Of a stretch of DNA of 64,000 nt, positions 29,860-42,300 are shown piece after piece. The notes below the pieces were generated by a model. That model did no database searches and was not told the origin of the DNA. It saw nothing but the letters and a program-made list of their open reading frames with translations. Where the stretch lies: NCBI RefSeq assembly GCF_055900595.2, contig NZ_CM148325.1; one strand, written 5' to 3'. The position numbers and the translations under genes were made by a program. Numbering within the stretch: the stretch's first letter is position 1; every line of letters starts with the position of its first letter.

Positions 29860-31437
29860 TTATTGGGCAGAATGGCGATAACGGTCGACGGCGAGAGCCG
29901 TCAGGCGTTTTTTGTCTATCTTGCCGACGGCGGTGAGCGGCCAGTGGTCCAGAAACTCGATTTGGTCAGGAATTTTCCACGCGCTGAGCCCCATACGGGT
30001 CAGTTGTTGACGCAACTGCTGATAGTCAGTTGGCACCTGCTGCGCGATGATAAACGCGCAAATCCGCTCGCCAAGCAGCGTGTCCGGCGCGGCGACCACC
30101 GCGCAATCTTGCACTTCCGCTAAACGCAGCAGTGCCGATTCCACTTCAGCCGCGGCTATTTTTTCTCCGGCGCGGTTGATCTGCTCTTTTATGCGTCCCT
30201 CAACGTGCAGGTTCCCCACCTCATCCAGCCTGACATTGTCGCCTGTGCGGTAAAACCCTTGCGCGGTAAAGGCCTGCGTGTTGTGGGCAGGGGCGCGGTA
30301 ATAGCCCGAAATGGTATAAGGGCCGCGCGTTAACAATTGCCCGGTTTCGCCCGGCGCGACGTCGTTCTCGTCTTGATCAACGATGCGGATTTCATCCAGA
30401 GGGGACAACGGGCGCCCCTGGCTGTGGAGAATGGTGGCATGCGGATCGTCCAGCCGGGTAAAACAGAGCAGGCCTTCCGCCATACCGAAAACCTGTTGCA
30501 GGGTACAGTCAAAGGTGGCGATAACCTGCTCAGCAAGCGTCGGGTCGAGCCGGGCGCCGCCTGCCTGAATGACGCGCAGCGACGAAAGGTCGCTGTCTTC
30601 CCACTCCCTGGCCTGCACCCATAATTGCGCCAGCGCCGGAACCAGGGCGACGTGAGTCACTCTTTCCTGCGCGATTAAAGGCATCACCTCATCACAGCTG
30701 GCGCTGTCGGTCAGCACCACTTTTCCGCCGCAGGCAAGCGTTCCCAGAATACCGGGGCAGGCCAGCGGAAAGTTATGCGCCACCGGGAGGACGGCGAGAT
30801 ACACGCTCTGTTGGCTGATGCCGCACAGTTCAGCAGAAGCGCTGAAGTTATAGCTATAGTCGGCATGTCGGCGCGGGATGAGTTTGGGCGTGCCGGTTGT
30901 GCCGCCTGAGAGCAACAACAACGCGGTGGCGGAAACATCAGGCTGCGGCCATGCCTGTCGCTCACCGTGAAGGGAGAAGAGCGGCGTAAAATCGTCGCTC
31001 ACGGTCTCTCCAGCGACCAGAACATGACGCAAGCAGGCGTGTTTGTGCGCCATCTGTCGGGCCAGCTCTGCGTGGTTTTCCCCGTGAATAACGTAAGCGA
31101 CGGGTTGCGCCAGCTCAATCAGCGCGTCGATATCCAGCGCCCGTTGCGAGGGCATCGCCAGCACGGGGATAACGCCCAGTCTTAACAAGGCGAACAGCAG
31201 GGTAACAAACGCGTTGTCGTTGGGAAGCTGCACAATTACATGCTCCCCCGAACGCAAACCCAGTGATGACAGACCTGCGGCAAGTTCGTCAACTTGTGCA
31301 TCAAGCGCGCTGTAGGTTAACGACCCCTTTGCATCAACGACGGCAATTCGCGAGGCATAACGGGCCGCCCAGTGGCGCAACTGTTCGGCAATGGGTAAGG
31401 GATACTGTTCAATCAGAGATTCAAAGGAAGAATTCAT
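29860..31437 (-). CDS. ybtE: salicyl-AMP ligase (2,3-dihydroxybenzoate-AMP ligase family)
   Basis: 525-aa adenylate-forming enzyme ORF; position between fyuA and ybtT. Confidence 0.9.
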   Translation of the reverse strand: MNSSFESLIEQYPLPIAEQLRHWAARYASRIAVVDAKGSLTYSALDAQVDELAAGLSSLGLRSGEHVIVQLPNDNAFVTLLFALLRLGVIPVLAMPSQRALDIDALIELAQPVAYVIHGENHAELARQMAHKHACLRHVLVAGETVSDDFTPLFSLHGERQAWPQPDVSATALLLLSGGTTGTPKLIPRRHADYSYNFSASAELCGISQQSVYLAVLPVAHNFPLACPGILGTLACGGKVVLTDSASCDEVMPLIAQERVTHVALVPALAQLWVQAREWEDSDLSSLRVIQAGGARLDPTLAEQVIATFDCTLQQVFGMAEGLLCFTRLDDPHATILHSQGRPLSPLDEIRIVDQDENDVAPGETGQLLTRGPYTISGYYRAPAHNTQAFTAQGFYRTGDNVRLDEVGNLHVEGRIKEQINRAGEKIAAAEVESALLRLAEVQDCAVVAAPDTLLGERICAFIIAQQVPTDYQQLRQQLTRMGLSAWKIPDQIEFLDHWPLTAVGKIDKKRLTALAVDRYRHSAQ

Positions 31438-31440
31438 GCG

Positions 31441-32244
31441 TCACCTTTCTGAAGTACTGGGCTGTTTTTGCCACGCGGTCATTGCAGAAAATGCGTGGGG
31501 AAAATGGCGGACAATCTGCGTAAAAAAGGACCGGGCTTGTTGAATGGGATAGAAGTGATCGCCGTCAATCACCACCGGGCCTGTAACGTGGCTCAGCCAC
31601 TGACGCCAGGCATCGACCTGCTGCCAGGAGGCTTCGCGATCGTGGCTGCCGCACAATAACAGCGCAGGCGTGCGCAGCGGCGGACAGACGTCGGGCGAGT
31701 CGTAGTGATAGCTCTCGGTGGCGTAAAAATCAGCGCGCAGAAGAGGAAGAAACAGCGACATTAATTCCTGGTTTTCCCGCAGTTCAGGAGAACATCCGCC
31801 AATGTCTATCAGCTCAGCGATAAAGTCGGCATCATCGCGATGGCTGAGCTGGCGTTCAGAATGCAGATGCGGGGCATGGCACCCGGAAATAATCAGTCCT
31901 TGTGGCGCAAGCCCCCGTTGCTCCAGAAGTCGGCAGGTTTCAAACGCCACCTGCGCCCCCATGCTGTGCCCGGCGAGTAAAAGCGGCGTGTCAGGCGATA
32001 CGGATGCTTCCAGCTCGTTCGCCAGCAGTGCCGCCAGTTGTGTAATGCTTCTGAGCGGTTCCAGATGGCGAAGGCGATCGCGCCCCGGCCAGGTCACCAG
32101 AGAAAGCGCGCAATCAGCCAGTTGCTCAGCTTGCCAGTGGCGAAACGCGCTACTGCTGCCGCCAGCGAAAGGGCACATGACCAGATGCGCAGTATTGCCG
32201 TTCCGGGCGGGCCACAGCGGGATGCACATTGCAGATTGCGTCAC
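31441..32244 (-). CDS. ybtT: type II thioesterase
   Basis: 267-aa alpha/beta-hydrolase ORF with GHSMG motif. Confidence 0.9.
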   Translation of the reverse strand: MTQSAMCIPLWPARNGNTAHLVMCPFAGGSSSAFRHWQAEQLADCALSLVTWPGRDRLRHLEPLRSITQLAALLANELEASVSPDTPLLLAGHSMGAQVAFETCRLLEQRGLAPQGLIISGCHAPHLHSERQLSHRDDADFIAELIDIGGCSPELRENQELMSLFLPLLRADFYATESYHYDSPDVCPPLRTPALLLCGSHDREASWQQVDAWRQWLSHVTGPVVIDGDHFYPIQQARSFFTQIVRHFPHAFSAMTAWQKQPSTSER

Positions 32245-33341
32245 AGCGCCTCCTTATCATCATCGTTGTAGAAACCGGCTAACCGGTCGTGGTGCGGCGG
32301 CGTCAGGCGTCTGATCTCCGCATTGCCGGTCTTACGTAAAATCTGCTGCCATAAACGTGATAACGCGATCTGATGTACGCTTTGGCAGGCCGCTGGTGGA
32401 TGTTCGCCCGCCAGATTGCTGCGCAACTGGTGTAGCAACCAGCTGACGCCCTCCGGCCCGACGGTTTCGCAGCAGTCGCGCCAGCTCAGGGGCGCCGCGC
32501 TGCGCATCAGACCCGGCAGATCGCGCAGGATCTCCGGTCTGCGGTAGAGGCTGTGGGCGTTCTCCTGATGGTCTGCGACAAACAGGCTGGATGACCAGAT
32601 GACGGGGCCGTAGCTCGCCTCCAGCGAAAGATGACCTTCCGGCCAGCCCAGCAGCAGGCGGTGCATGATAAGGCTATGCATATCTGGATCGTCAGGATCG
32701 AGATAGCGCTGAAGCAGCAGGCAGGCTTCTCCCTCCGGCCAGAAGAGTCTCAGACAGTGAAAATCGCTAAAGCTGCCAACCACGTCGCACTCCACGGCGG
32801 CGGCATCAACGCCCAGAGCCAGCAACAACAAATCCAGAGTGGAGTAGAGCAACTGTCGGCTGGTGGTGGCGTGGACTACCGGCGGCGTCTTAGCCAGGCA
32901 GCGACGCAGCTGCTGCGCATCGCGAAGCCATGTGCGTCCCGCGCGCGTATGCGGATAAAACGTGTTTACCCAATAGCAGCAGCCCTGTTCCTGCGCCAGC
33001 GTTTGTAAGGAACTGATGTCATCCGGGTGGAGGGGATGCTCCTGAATGACGTGTACGCCGCGCGTCAGAAAGTGTCTGGCAAGCTGCGTACCGGTTCCTC
33101 CGGCGACGGTCGAACGCACGACAATACAGGCGATATCCGGCATCCTGGTTATCTGTTCCGGCGAGGTATACAGCGGAATGCCAAACGCATGAGCCAGCTC
33201 TCTTGAACGGGCGCTTCCCTGCGCCAGCAGGCCGACCAGTTCCAGCCCCTCCGGGGGCTGCATAAAGGCATTCAGGTACATTTCGCCAAATTTGGCGCCC
33301 ACAATCAGTACGCGTTGCTTTGGGGAGGCGGACGGCATCAT
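32241..33341 (-). CDS. ybtU: thiazolinyl imide reductase
   Basis: 366 aa from internal Met of the 386-aa ORF, placed to abut the irp1 stop. Confidence 0.85.
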   Translation of the reverse strand: MMPSASPKQRVLIVGAKFGEMYLNAFMQPPEGLELVGLLAQGSARSRELAHAFGIPLYTSPEQITRMPDIACIVVRSTVAGGTGTQLARHFLTRGVHVIQEHPLHPDDISSLQTLAQEQGCCYWVNTFYPHTRAGRTWLRDAQQLRRCLAKTPPVVHATTSRQLLYSTLDLLLLALGVDAAAVECDVVGSFSDFHCLRLFWPEGEACLLLQRYLDPDDPDMHSLIMHRLLLGWPEGHLSLEASYGPVIWSSSLFVADHQENAHSLYRRPEILRDLPGLMRSAAPLSWRDCCETVGPEGVSWLLHQLRSNLAGEHPPAACQSVHQIALSRLWQQILRKTGNAEIRRLTPPHHDRLAGFYNDDDKEAL

Positions 33342-36300
33342 AACGTGTTCTCCGGTTGCGTTGAGGTTGCGCAAAGCCAGCGCGTAATGTGTTGCGCACA
33401 AGCCTGAACGTGGGGGGCTTCCATCATGATTTGCCAGTGGCTGGCTTCAATCACAGCGTCGTCGGCGTTGTTTATCCAGCCCTGCCACTCGGTTTCTGCT
33501 GGCGTCCAGCGCGCGGGTCTCCCGGCGGCATACACCATGAGACAGGGGACCGGAACGCTTTCGCCCGGCGTATGCTCAGTCAGTAAACGCAGCAGATGCT
33601 CGATGTTGTCGAGCCACGTTTCTGCCGCTTGCAGCGTCAGGTTTTGCGACACCATACCGACCGTTTTAGCGAGGCTGATAAAGTCGGCAAGCTGGCTGTC
33701 GGGCGTCTGATGGTCGAAATGTTCGGGCAGTGCCAGAGGCGTTTGTCCTTCGGCTAACAGGCGCAGCAGGGCCGCCCGGTTTTCGCAACAGAAATCCTGT
33801 CGGCACACGGGATCGATTAACACCATCCGAACCTGCTTGCCTTTGGCGTACAGGCGCTGTGCGGCGCCCGCCGCAAGAAACGCGCCATACGACCAACCCG
33901 CCAGCACATAAGGGCCGTGAGGCTGCTGACGACGGATGCACCCGACATACTCATCGATCATCTGGTCGAGCGTGGCAAAGTGCTGCGGCGATTTTGCTTG
34001 CAGGCCGAAAACGCGCCTGTTCAACGCGTTAGCGAGCGGCAGCCAGGCGCTGATATCGCCGTCTGAAGCGTGGAAGACAAACAGGGTTTCCTCACCGTCG
34101 CCCTGGCAAAGGGGTATCGGGTTGTCCTCTCCTGACGTAGCCGCCTGTAGATGGGCGCAGAAGTCGCTCAGCGTCGAATGGTTGAACAGATCCTGAAGGT
34201 TAGCCCTGGCAATCCCTCTCCGGTTTAGCTGCGCGACCATCCTTGTCGCCATCAGGCTGTCGCCGCCCAGTTCGAAAAAGTCGTGATGCCTTGCCACGGG
34301 GCGAGACAGCAGCGATTGCCAGAGTTCAGCCACCTGTTTTTCCAGCGCCGAATTCCCCCCGGCAACTGGCGTGGGTTTGGCTGGCTCAGTCGGCGCATCA
34401 GACGGGGCATGCAGCGGCGTAAATAACGCTTCTCTTTGCCGGATCTGTAAAATGGGCAGACCGGTGCCAAAGCGCTGCTGTAAATAGCGGCTCACGGCTT
34501 TTTTATCCGGGCGATTTACGCCAGGCGAACGCGCTACCAGCAGATGCTGGCGCAGCGGCGACGATTCCTGCGCGGGCCACGCCAGCTCGTTTGCAAACCC
34601 GGCCTGAACGAGAACCTCCTGCCATGCGGAGCGGGTGAGCATCGGTTTCTCATCCCGGCGGCGGAAATCGCGGTATCCGCTTAATCCCTCAATAAAGCCC
34701 ACGCTCGCCAGCTGGAATACGCTGTTTCGCTCCGTCGCTTCAACGATCAGCAAACGTCCGCCGGCTTTCAGCAACAGTTTTAATCTGCGCAACGTCTGGA
34801 CGACATGGCTGGCGTCGTGGAGCACATTGACGGCAACGATCAGGTCGTAACCCGCCTCCGGGTGGGCGGTGAAATCCAGCGGCTGGTTGATGTCGAACAA
34901 GGCATAAGACACCTGCGATTCATCATGGAAACGGGCTCTGGCGTCATTGAGGAACTGCGCGGAGACGTCCGTGAAGTGGTACGACTGCCGCGTGTTCCGC
35001 GTGGCCTTCAGCACCGGCGCGGTAGTGGCTGCGGTTCCGGCGCCAACCTCCAGAATCCGTTCTGCGCTGCACAAGGCGGCAATCTGCGCGGTATAGCGAT
35101 TCAGACAGGCGCTGGCGGGGTTGTCGCGATACAGCGCGTCGGTAACGCGATGCTGCTCGTTGAACAGCAATTCCAGCGGAGAACACTGCCCGGAGAAGAG
35201 GGCGTCGTGCCGGGCGATGCAGGTTTCCAGATACTGCGCCAGCGCCTGGCTCCATTGGCTTTGCGGGCACGCTTCCTGAGGCTCAGGAATCTCGCTGAGC
35301 GGAATACGGCAGCGCCAGCTTTCACCTTCGCGGATTAACCACTCTCTTTCCGTCAGACACTGTAGCCACTGGCGCAGCAGACGCTGGTGAGACGCTTGCG
35401 CGGACAGCGCCTGTACTACTGCGCTAAAGCGATGGGCGATCTCCGGCGTGGTAAACAGGCCGTGACGATTTAGCGTAGCCGCGATCCCCTGTAGCGCACG
35501 CGCCTCCAGCCAGCGCCAGGTCGCCTCCAGCTCATCAAGCTGCGCCTGCTCAGGCAACGGCAGCGCCAGTTGGGTAAGTTCGTGCTCATCAGGCATCGCC
35601 GCTGATGGCGACGGATCGTCGGCCATCACGATATCCAGCGTCAACGCGCCCTGTTCGGTTATTTCCGCTCTGGCCTGCCGGATGCCGGGGTATTCGAGCG
35701 TCGCCTGCTCAATATCCCGCAGGTCGTAGTCCGCCTGCGCGTTCAGCGGCCAGCGTCGGCGGGGAATGTGCCCGGCGATGCCGCTGGCGAGAGTCTTCAG
35801 GCTTTCAGGGGCGGCGATGACGGCTTGCAGGATGGCGCAATAGTCATTAAACATCGCCTCGGCAGCGCCGGGTTCCAGCACGTTGTCCATGCAGTACCAG
35901 CTAAACATCAACTCGCCGTCGCTCTCCATGACCTGATGATCCAGCCAGACCTGCGGCGTTTGCGTGAATACATAGCAGGGTTCGCCGAACAGATGGCTCA
36001 TCGCCTGATCGATAGTCATGCCTTCCAGCGTCATCCCCAGCATACTGGTAAACACTACCGGCATCAGCGGTTGACGTTGTGATCCGCGCAGGCGGCCCAG
36101 CTCACGGATCACCTCAACACCGTTCATTTCACTGTGCGCCATGTTTTGCCAGAGGCGCTGTTGGGTCTGTTGCATCTGCTCTTGCAACGTCACCGGCGCT
36201 GAGAAGTTAAAATCAACCAGCGTGACGGAGGTAAAATCACCAATCAACTGGTTGATTTGCGGATGGATCGGCTGGCGATTGAAGAACGTCAGGTTCAGCG

Positions 36301-39300
36301 TAAATGTTGTGGTACGGCTCCAGCGCTCAAGGGTGGCGGCAAACAGCGTGAGCAGCGCGGCAGACGGTGTGACGCCTTGCTGCTGCCAGCGCTGTTTCAC
36401 GGCCTGCCATTCTGTCTTGCCGATCGTCGATTTGAAGGTGGTGAAGTGTGGCGTTTCCGGGGGCGTCTCAACCACCGGCAGCTCTGGCGCTAAGGGCAGT
36501 TGCGGCAGTTTTTCCTGCCAGTAATCCCAGGCATCGTGCCATGCCGATGTCTGTCGGCGCGCCTGTTCAGCCATCACATAATCACGGAAGGTAATAGCGA
36601 GCGGCGCCAGCGTTTCACCGCGCCAGACCTGCGCCAGGTCGTCCATCATGACTTTAAAACTCTGCACATCAAACTGCAAAAGGTCGAGGTTCATATGCAG
36701 ACGGTAATGGCAATCGTCGATTTCGCTGACCACCAGCTCAAAAAGAGGCCACTGGTCGGCAGGCAAAACGCGATAGCTCAGTTCATGCCGCCGTTTTTCC
36801 AGCGCGATGCGCTGTTCTTCCGGGGAAAGCGCGCGCAGATCGTCACGCGGGATGTGATACTCCGGCGTTGTCGCCAGGATTCGCTGCTGCCCGTCGGCAT
36901 CAACCACCATACGCAACATATCGTGGCGTGCGATGAGCTGGTTCCATGCTTTCTCCAGTATGGCGAGATCGAACTCATCGTGGCGTTTATCCCACTCAAA
37001 CAGGACGTGACAGGCGACGCCGCCATAGCCAATGAGGTGGGTTCGCCCCAGCCAGTAGGCGTGCTGAATGGGCGTCAAAGGGAAGGGCGCATAACGCTCG
37101 TCGGCGTCGTGCCGCAACACTTCCGGCTGCGAAGCGGCAGGCGTCGCCTCTGGCTTAGAACAGATAAGCTGCGTGAGTCCATGAGGAGACAGATCCTGCC
37201 ACGCCCGTTCCGCATTGATGCGTACGCCCAGGTAGTGCTGAATATCGCTACTGAGTTCAAGGAAGAGCAGCGAGTCCATGCCGAGTTGCAACAGATCCTG
37301 GTTTGGATGCAGTGACGCCGGATCGCTCAGCCTTAGCTGAACCGCAATCCGCTTTTTCAGCCATGCCATCACCGCTGTTTCATCGCTCAGGCTGCCGTTA
37401 AAGGCGTTGTCATCAGCAGGAGGAATGACCGGCGTTGCGGCTTTTTCTGTGGCGCTGATGTTAAACAGGGCCTGTTGTAACGGGGGCATTTTGTCGGTAA
37501 AAACGCGCATCGCCAGTCGCCACGGGGCGCCGCGCATCACCGCCTGTTCCAGGTGCCAGCAGCCTTCGGCATCGCTTAACGCGCCCATACCTCGGCTGGC
37601 GAGCGTCGCCAGCATTTCCGGCGTGGCCGCCCGACCGCTTTCTCCCCATGCGCCCCAGGCGACAGAGAGCGTTTTCGGCGCATCAAGGGTGGAAAACTGC
37701 TGGGCCAGCCCGTCCAGGTAGCCGCAGGCCAGCGCATGGGCGCTCTGACCCGGCGCGCCGAGGGTGGCGGCAGCGGAAGAGTAGAGAATAAGATAGCGTC
37801 CGTCGTGGTTGCGCAGGGTTTGCACCAGCTGGCTTGCCGCCTGCGCTTTTACCGCGAAAACGGCAGCCAGCTGGTGGTCATCAAGCTCCTGCAAGGGCGC
37901 GTCAGCCAATACGCCAGCGGCATGAATCGCTCCGGCAATGCCGCCGTTGGCCGCCAGATCGTCAAGAACCGTGGCCAGTTGCCCGGCATCGCCCACATCA
38001 CAACGGCAGACGCGCGTCTGCCCGCCCTCCACGTCGCGTAGCCATGACTCATCCACGCGCGGCGCCAGCAGGGCGATGCGTCGCGCCCCTTTTTCTCTGA
38101 GCCAGTTCACGGCAAGGCGGCCTAATCCGCCAAACGCTCCGGTCACCAGATGCCAGCGGCTATCGCCGGTAAACACGTTTGCCGGTAATTCAGCGGCGCA
38201 TCCCGTATTGGGCGACAGTGAAGGAAGCCAAAGGGTGTCACCCCGTGCGGCGAGCCAGCGCTGTGATAGTGAGACTGCACTCAACCCTTGATGCAGCGTT
38301 TCCCACGGGGTGTTTTCGGCGAGATCGATGGCGGCAAGCAACCGTTCCGGCTGTTCGTTGGCCGCGACGCGAAGCAAGGCCCATAGCGCGTGATGGGATG
38401 CAGAGAGTGCTTCATTTTCCTCGACTCGCCACGCGCGGCGAGTAACCACAATCAATCCGGCTGCGCTGGCGGTGAGCGCTGCTATCACTTTCTCCGCTAA
38501 GGCCAGCGTATCCTCGCTCTCCTCAACAATCATCAGTCGTGAAGAGGCGTGCGGATCGTGAATGATGCCGTATTGCGCCAGCTCGTCGCTGCGCGCAAGC
38601 GTACCGGCGCTGAAGCTAAAGGTAAGCGGATGGTCAATGCTGGCGACGTTGAGGGGCGTCCAGCGCCATTGATAATGCGTTTGCGGCGCAGGAAGAGGCG
38701 CGGCGGGCGATAGCGGCAGCCACTCGCCAGCAGGATGACGGGCTTCAACGCGCATCTGACCGCGGGAAAAGGCTTCGTTTTGCCAGCTTAAGCGAACCTT
38801 CCCTAGCCACTCCGGGGCGGCGACGGGGGGCGGTTCCACAGGCAGAGCGTCGCCATGACGCTGTGAAAGCAGACGCCAGGCCTCCTGCCAGCGGGCGTTA
38901 AACCGTTCGGGCTGACCTGCGCAATCAGACCAGTCGGCGAGATAATCACCGTTATCCGTCAGCGCCTGCCCCAACACGGGTTCTGATGGCGCGGTGAATG
39001 TTACGGCGCTAACCGCCTGACCGGGCAGCGTGGCGAGAATGATATGTTCGCTCATCCCGGCGGTCGGGCTGCCATCCTGCGGTAGCCACGCCACTTTGCT
39101 GAATCCGGCGTGGCGGCACTGTTGTTGCCACTGAGCGGTGGTGAGGAATAACTCACCTTCGCGGGCGTCGAGATCCTGTAGCGGAAGAACCAGCGGGCCG
39201 AAAACGAAGTCAAACAGACGCATTGGCTGGGTGATTTCGCGCATCAGCAGGCGCCCGCCCGGCTTGAGCAGGGGGCGCAGATTATCGAGCGTGCGGCCAA

Positions 39301-42300
39301 TATGGCGGGTGGCGTGAATCACGTTCGCTGCCACGATAAGATCGTAAGACTGTGCCTGGAAACCCTGAGACTGCGCCTCTTTTTCGAGATCCAGCTCGCT
39401 ATACTTCACAAAATCATAGTCGGCGAATTTCTGCTGGGCGCGACGGGTGAACAGCGCCGAGATATCGGTGAAATGGTACTCCAGTGCCGGAACGCCGTTG
39501 AGTTCCGGCAGCAGCCACGCGGTGGTGCCGCCGGTTCCGCCGCCAACTTCAAGAATACGCAACGGCTGGCGGGGCTGACGCGTCTGGACAATGCCGCGTA
39601 ATACCCCGGCGGCGATTTGGTTGAAATAGCGGCCAAAGCTGAATTCCTGATACAGCACTTCCACGCCGTCGGAGGCGCTTTGCGGGAAGATAATCGCCAC
39701 CGGTTCTTCCGCGCCGCTCATCATTTCATATAACCGATCGCCGGCACGGGCGATGGTGTCGGGAATAGCCTGAAAACCTTCACAATAACCGGCAAGTTCC
39801 GTCAGCGGTGATTCCCGCTGTTGATGTTCAATGGGGCGGGCGCGGACGTATCGCCCGTCGGTGCAGCGGTAATCGCCGTCGACCACGCAGTTATTCAGCA
39901 GGCGCTGGAGTAGCTGCTGGTAGCGGGGCAGCAGACGTCCACGGCGCATGATGGTCATGGCGTCCACGCCGTTCTCAATGGCATCGCCGGTACAGCGTTG
40001 TACCAGTTGATCGACGTAGATGGCGTGCAGTCGCGTGGCGCACTGTTTAAGCGCTTCCAGGCGAGGGAGATCGAGCGCTGTCGCGGCGCGACTCGCCACC
40101 TCCAGCCCGGCAGACAGCGCTGCGTCGGCAGGCTCGCAGGCCGGGGAGACGCGCTCTTTCCAGTAACGTTCAGTATCAAACGGATAACATGGCGCAGCGA
40201 TACGTTGTCCATCGCCCGCCAGCAGGTCGGCCCACGGTAGGGCGACGCCGGCAGCGTAAAGCTGGAGCAGGGCCTGATTGAGGACATCGCTCGCCTCTTT
40301 GTTACGCCGGGCGCTGGCTATCCAGTATGCGTTATCGCGGTATTCGCGCTGCCCGCAAGCAACCAACTGGGCATCGGGCCCCATCTCCAGAAAAACGCGG
40401 GCGCCGAGCTGATGCGCCACCTGAATACTCTGGATAAAACGCACCGGCTGGCGCATGTGTCGGCGCCAGTAATCCGCCTGGTTGAGCGTTGACTCATCAA
40501 TGACGTCGGCGGTGAGCGTGGAAATAATCGGTATTTGCCCCGGCTCCGCGTGCAGTCCCGCGCAGGCGTCCTGGAACCGATCGAGTATCGGCTCCAGTAA
40601 AGCGGAGTGCGCCGCACCGGTTACGCTCAGGCGACGATAGTTAATGTCATGCTGCGAGAGCGTGGCGCAAAATACCGCGAGACGGGCTTCCGGCCCGGAA
40701 AATACCGTATGTTGCGTACCGTTGTTGGCGGCGAGATCCAGCTCAAACTGGCGAGCCAGCGGCATCAGCGTGTCTTCGTCTGCAAATACCGCCACCATCG
40801 CGCCGCTTGCGCACTGCTGCATTAGCGCGCCGCGCCGACAAACCAGTGGCATGACCTGTTCAATCGTATAGTGTCCGCAGACAACGGCAGCGGCAAATTC
40901 ACCGACGGAATGCCCAATGGCGAAGTCTGGCTTCAGTCCTTCAGCACGCCAGTGCGCCGCCATCGCGATTTCAAACGCGACAATCGCCGGCTGCGCCCAG
41001 GCCATATTGTCCAGCTGCGCCGAATCGGGGTTAAACATCGCTTCGCGCAGTGACGGCGTGAGCATTTCGCTACAGGCGGAAAAACAGCGATCCAGCGTGT
41101 CGGCAAACGCCGTTGAGTGCTGGTACATCGTTTGGCCCATAGTGCGCCAGTGCGAGCCCTGGCCGGTAAACAGCCACACCTGCTTGCCGCTGGCGCCGTG
41201 GCCGCTGTATACCTGCGCCCCCGATTTCTCACTAGCCCAGGTGCTGAGCGCGTCGGCGGTTTCACGGTTTAATGGCACCGCCAGGCGGAAAGGAAGATCG
41301 AGACGGCGCGCGTGCAGGGCCGTGAAGGCCAGATCGCTGGCATCCGCATTCTTCCTCAGCGCCCCGGCATAATCCGTCGCCAGCCGCCGCAACGCGCTGT
41401 CGCTGGCGGCGCTGAGCAGCAGCGCAGTACTTTTTCTGCCGCCATCCGTATTGGGGAGGCGCGCGTTGAGCGCATCGGGCAGCGAGGCGACGATCATATG
41501 GCAGTTGGTGCCGCCAATACCAAAGGAGGATACGCCCGCATAGCGCATTTCATCCTGCCACGCTTGCGCCGACACTGGTACGGTAAAGGGGCTCTCCTCA
41601 AGCTTCAGCGCCGGGTTGGGGGTGTGGAAATTCAATAAGGGTGGAATTTGTCCGCGACTGACGGCCAGAACGGTTTTCAGCAGTCCGGCAATGCCTGCCG
41701 CGGTATCCAGATGCCCCATATTGCTTTTCACGGAACCGAGCGCACAGCGCCTGTCCTGCGGGCGCGGCGCATAGACGTTGCGTAACGCTTCTATTTCAAT
41801 CGCATCGCCCAGCGGTGTGCCGGTGCCGTGGGTTTCAATGTAACCTACCTGCCTGTCGTCGATGGCCGCCAGCATTAACGCCTCTTCGATGACCGCCTGC
41901 TGCCCGGCGACGGAAGGGGCGGTATAGCCGACCTTTCTGTTGCCGTCGTTATTGACCGCGCTGGAGAGGATCACCGAGATAATCGGATCGCCTGACAGTA
42001 GCGCGTCTTTCAGGCGACGCAGAACCACGCAGCCGAGACCATTACCGGCCCAGGTGCCCTCAGCCGAGGCGTCAAAAGGACGACAGTGGCCATCGGGAGA
42101 GAAAATCATTCCGGGCTGGTAGCGATAGCCCGCCTGCTGGGGGAAAGAGAGCGCCACGCCGCCGGCCACCGCCATATCGGATTCGCCTGCGCGCAGGCTT
42201 TCACAGGCCAGATGCACGGCAACCAGCGAGCTGGAGCAGGCGGTCTGTACCGATAACGCCGGGCCGTGCAGGTTGAGTTTGTACGCGGCGCGGGTGGCAA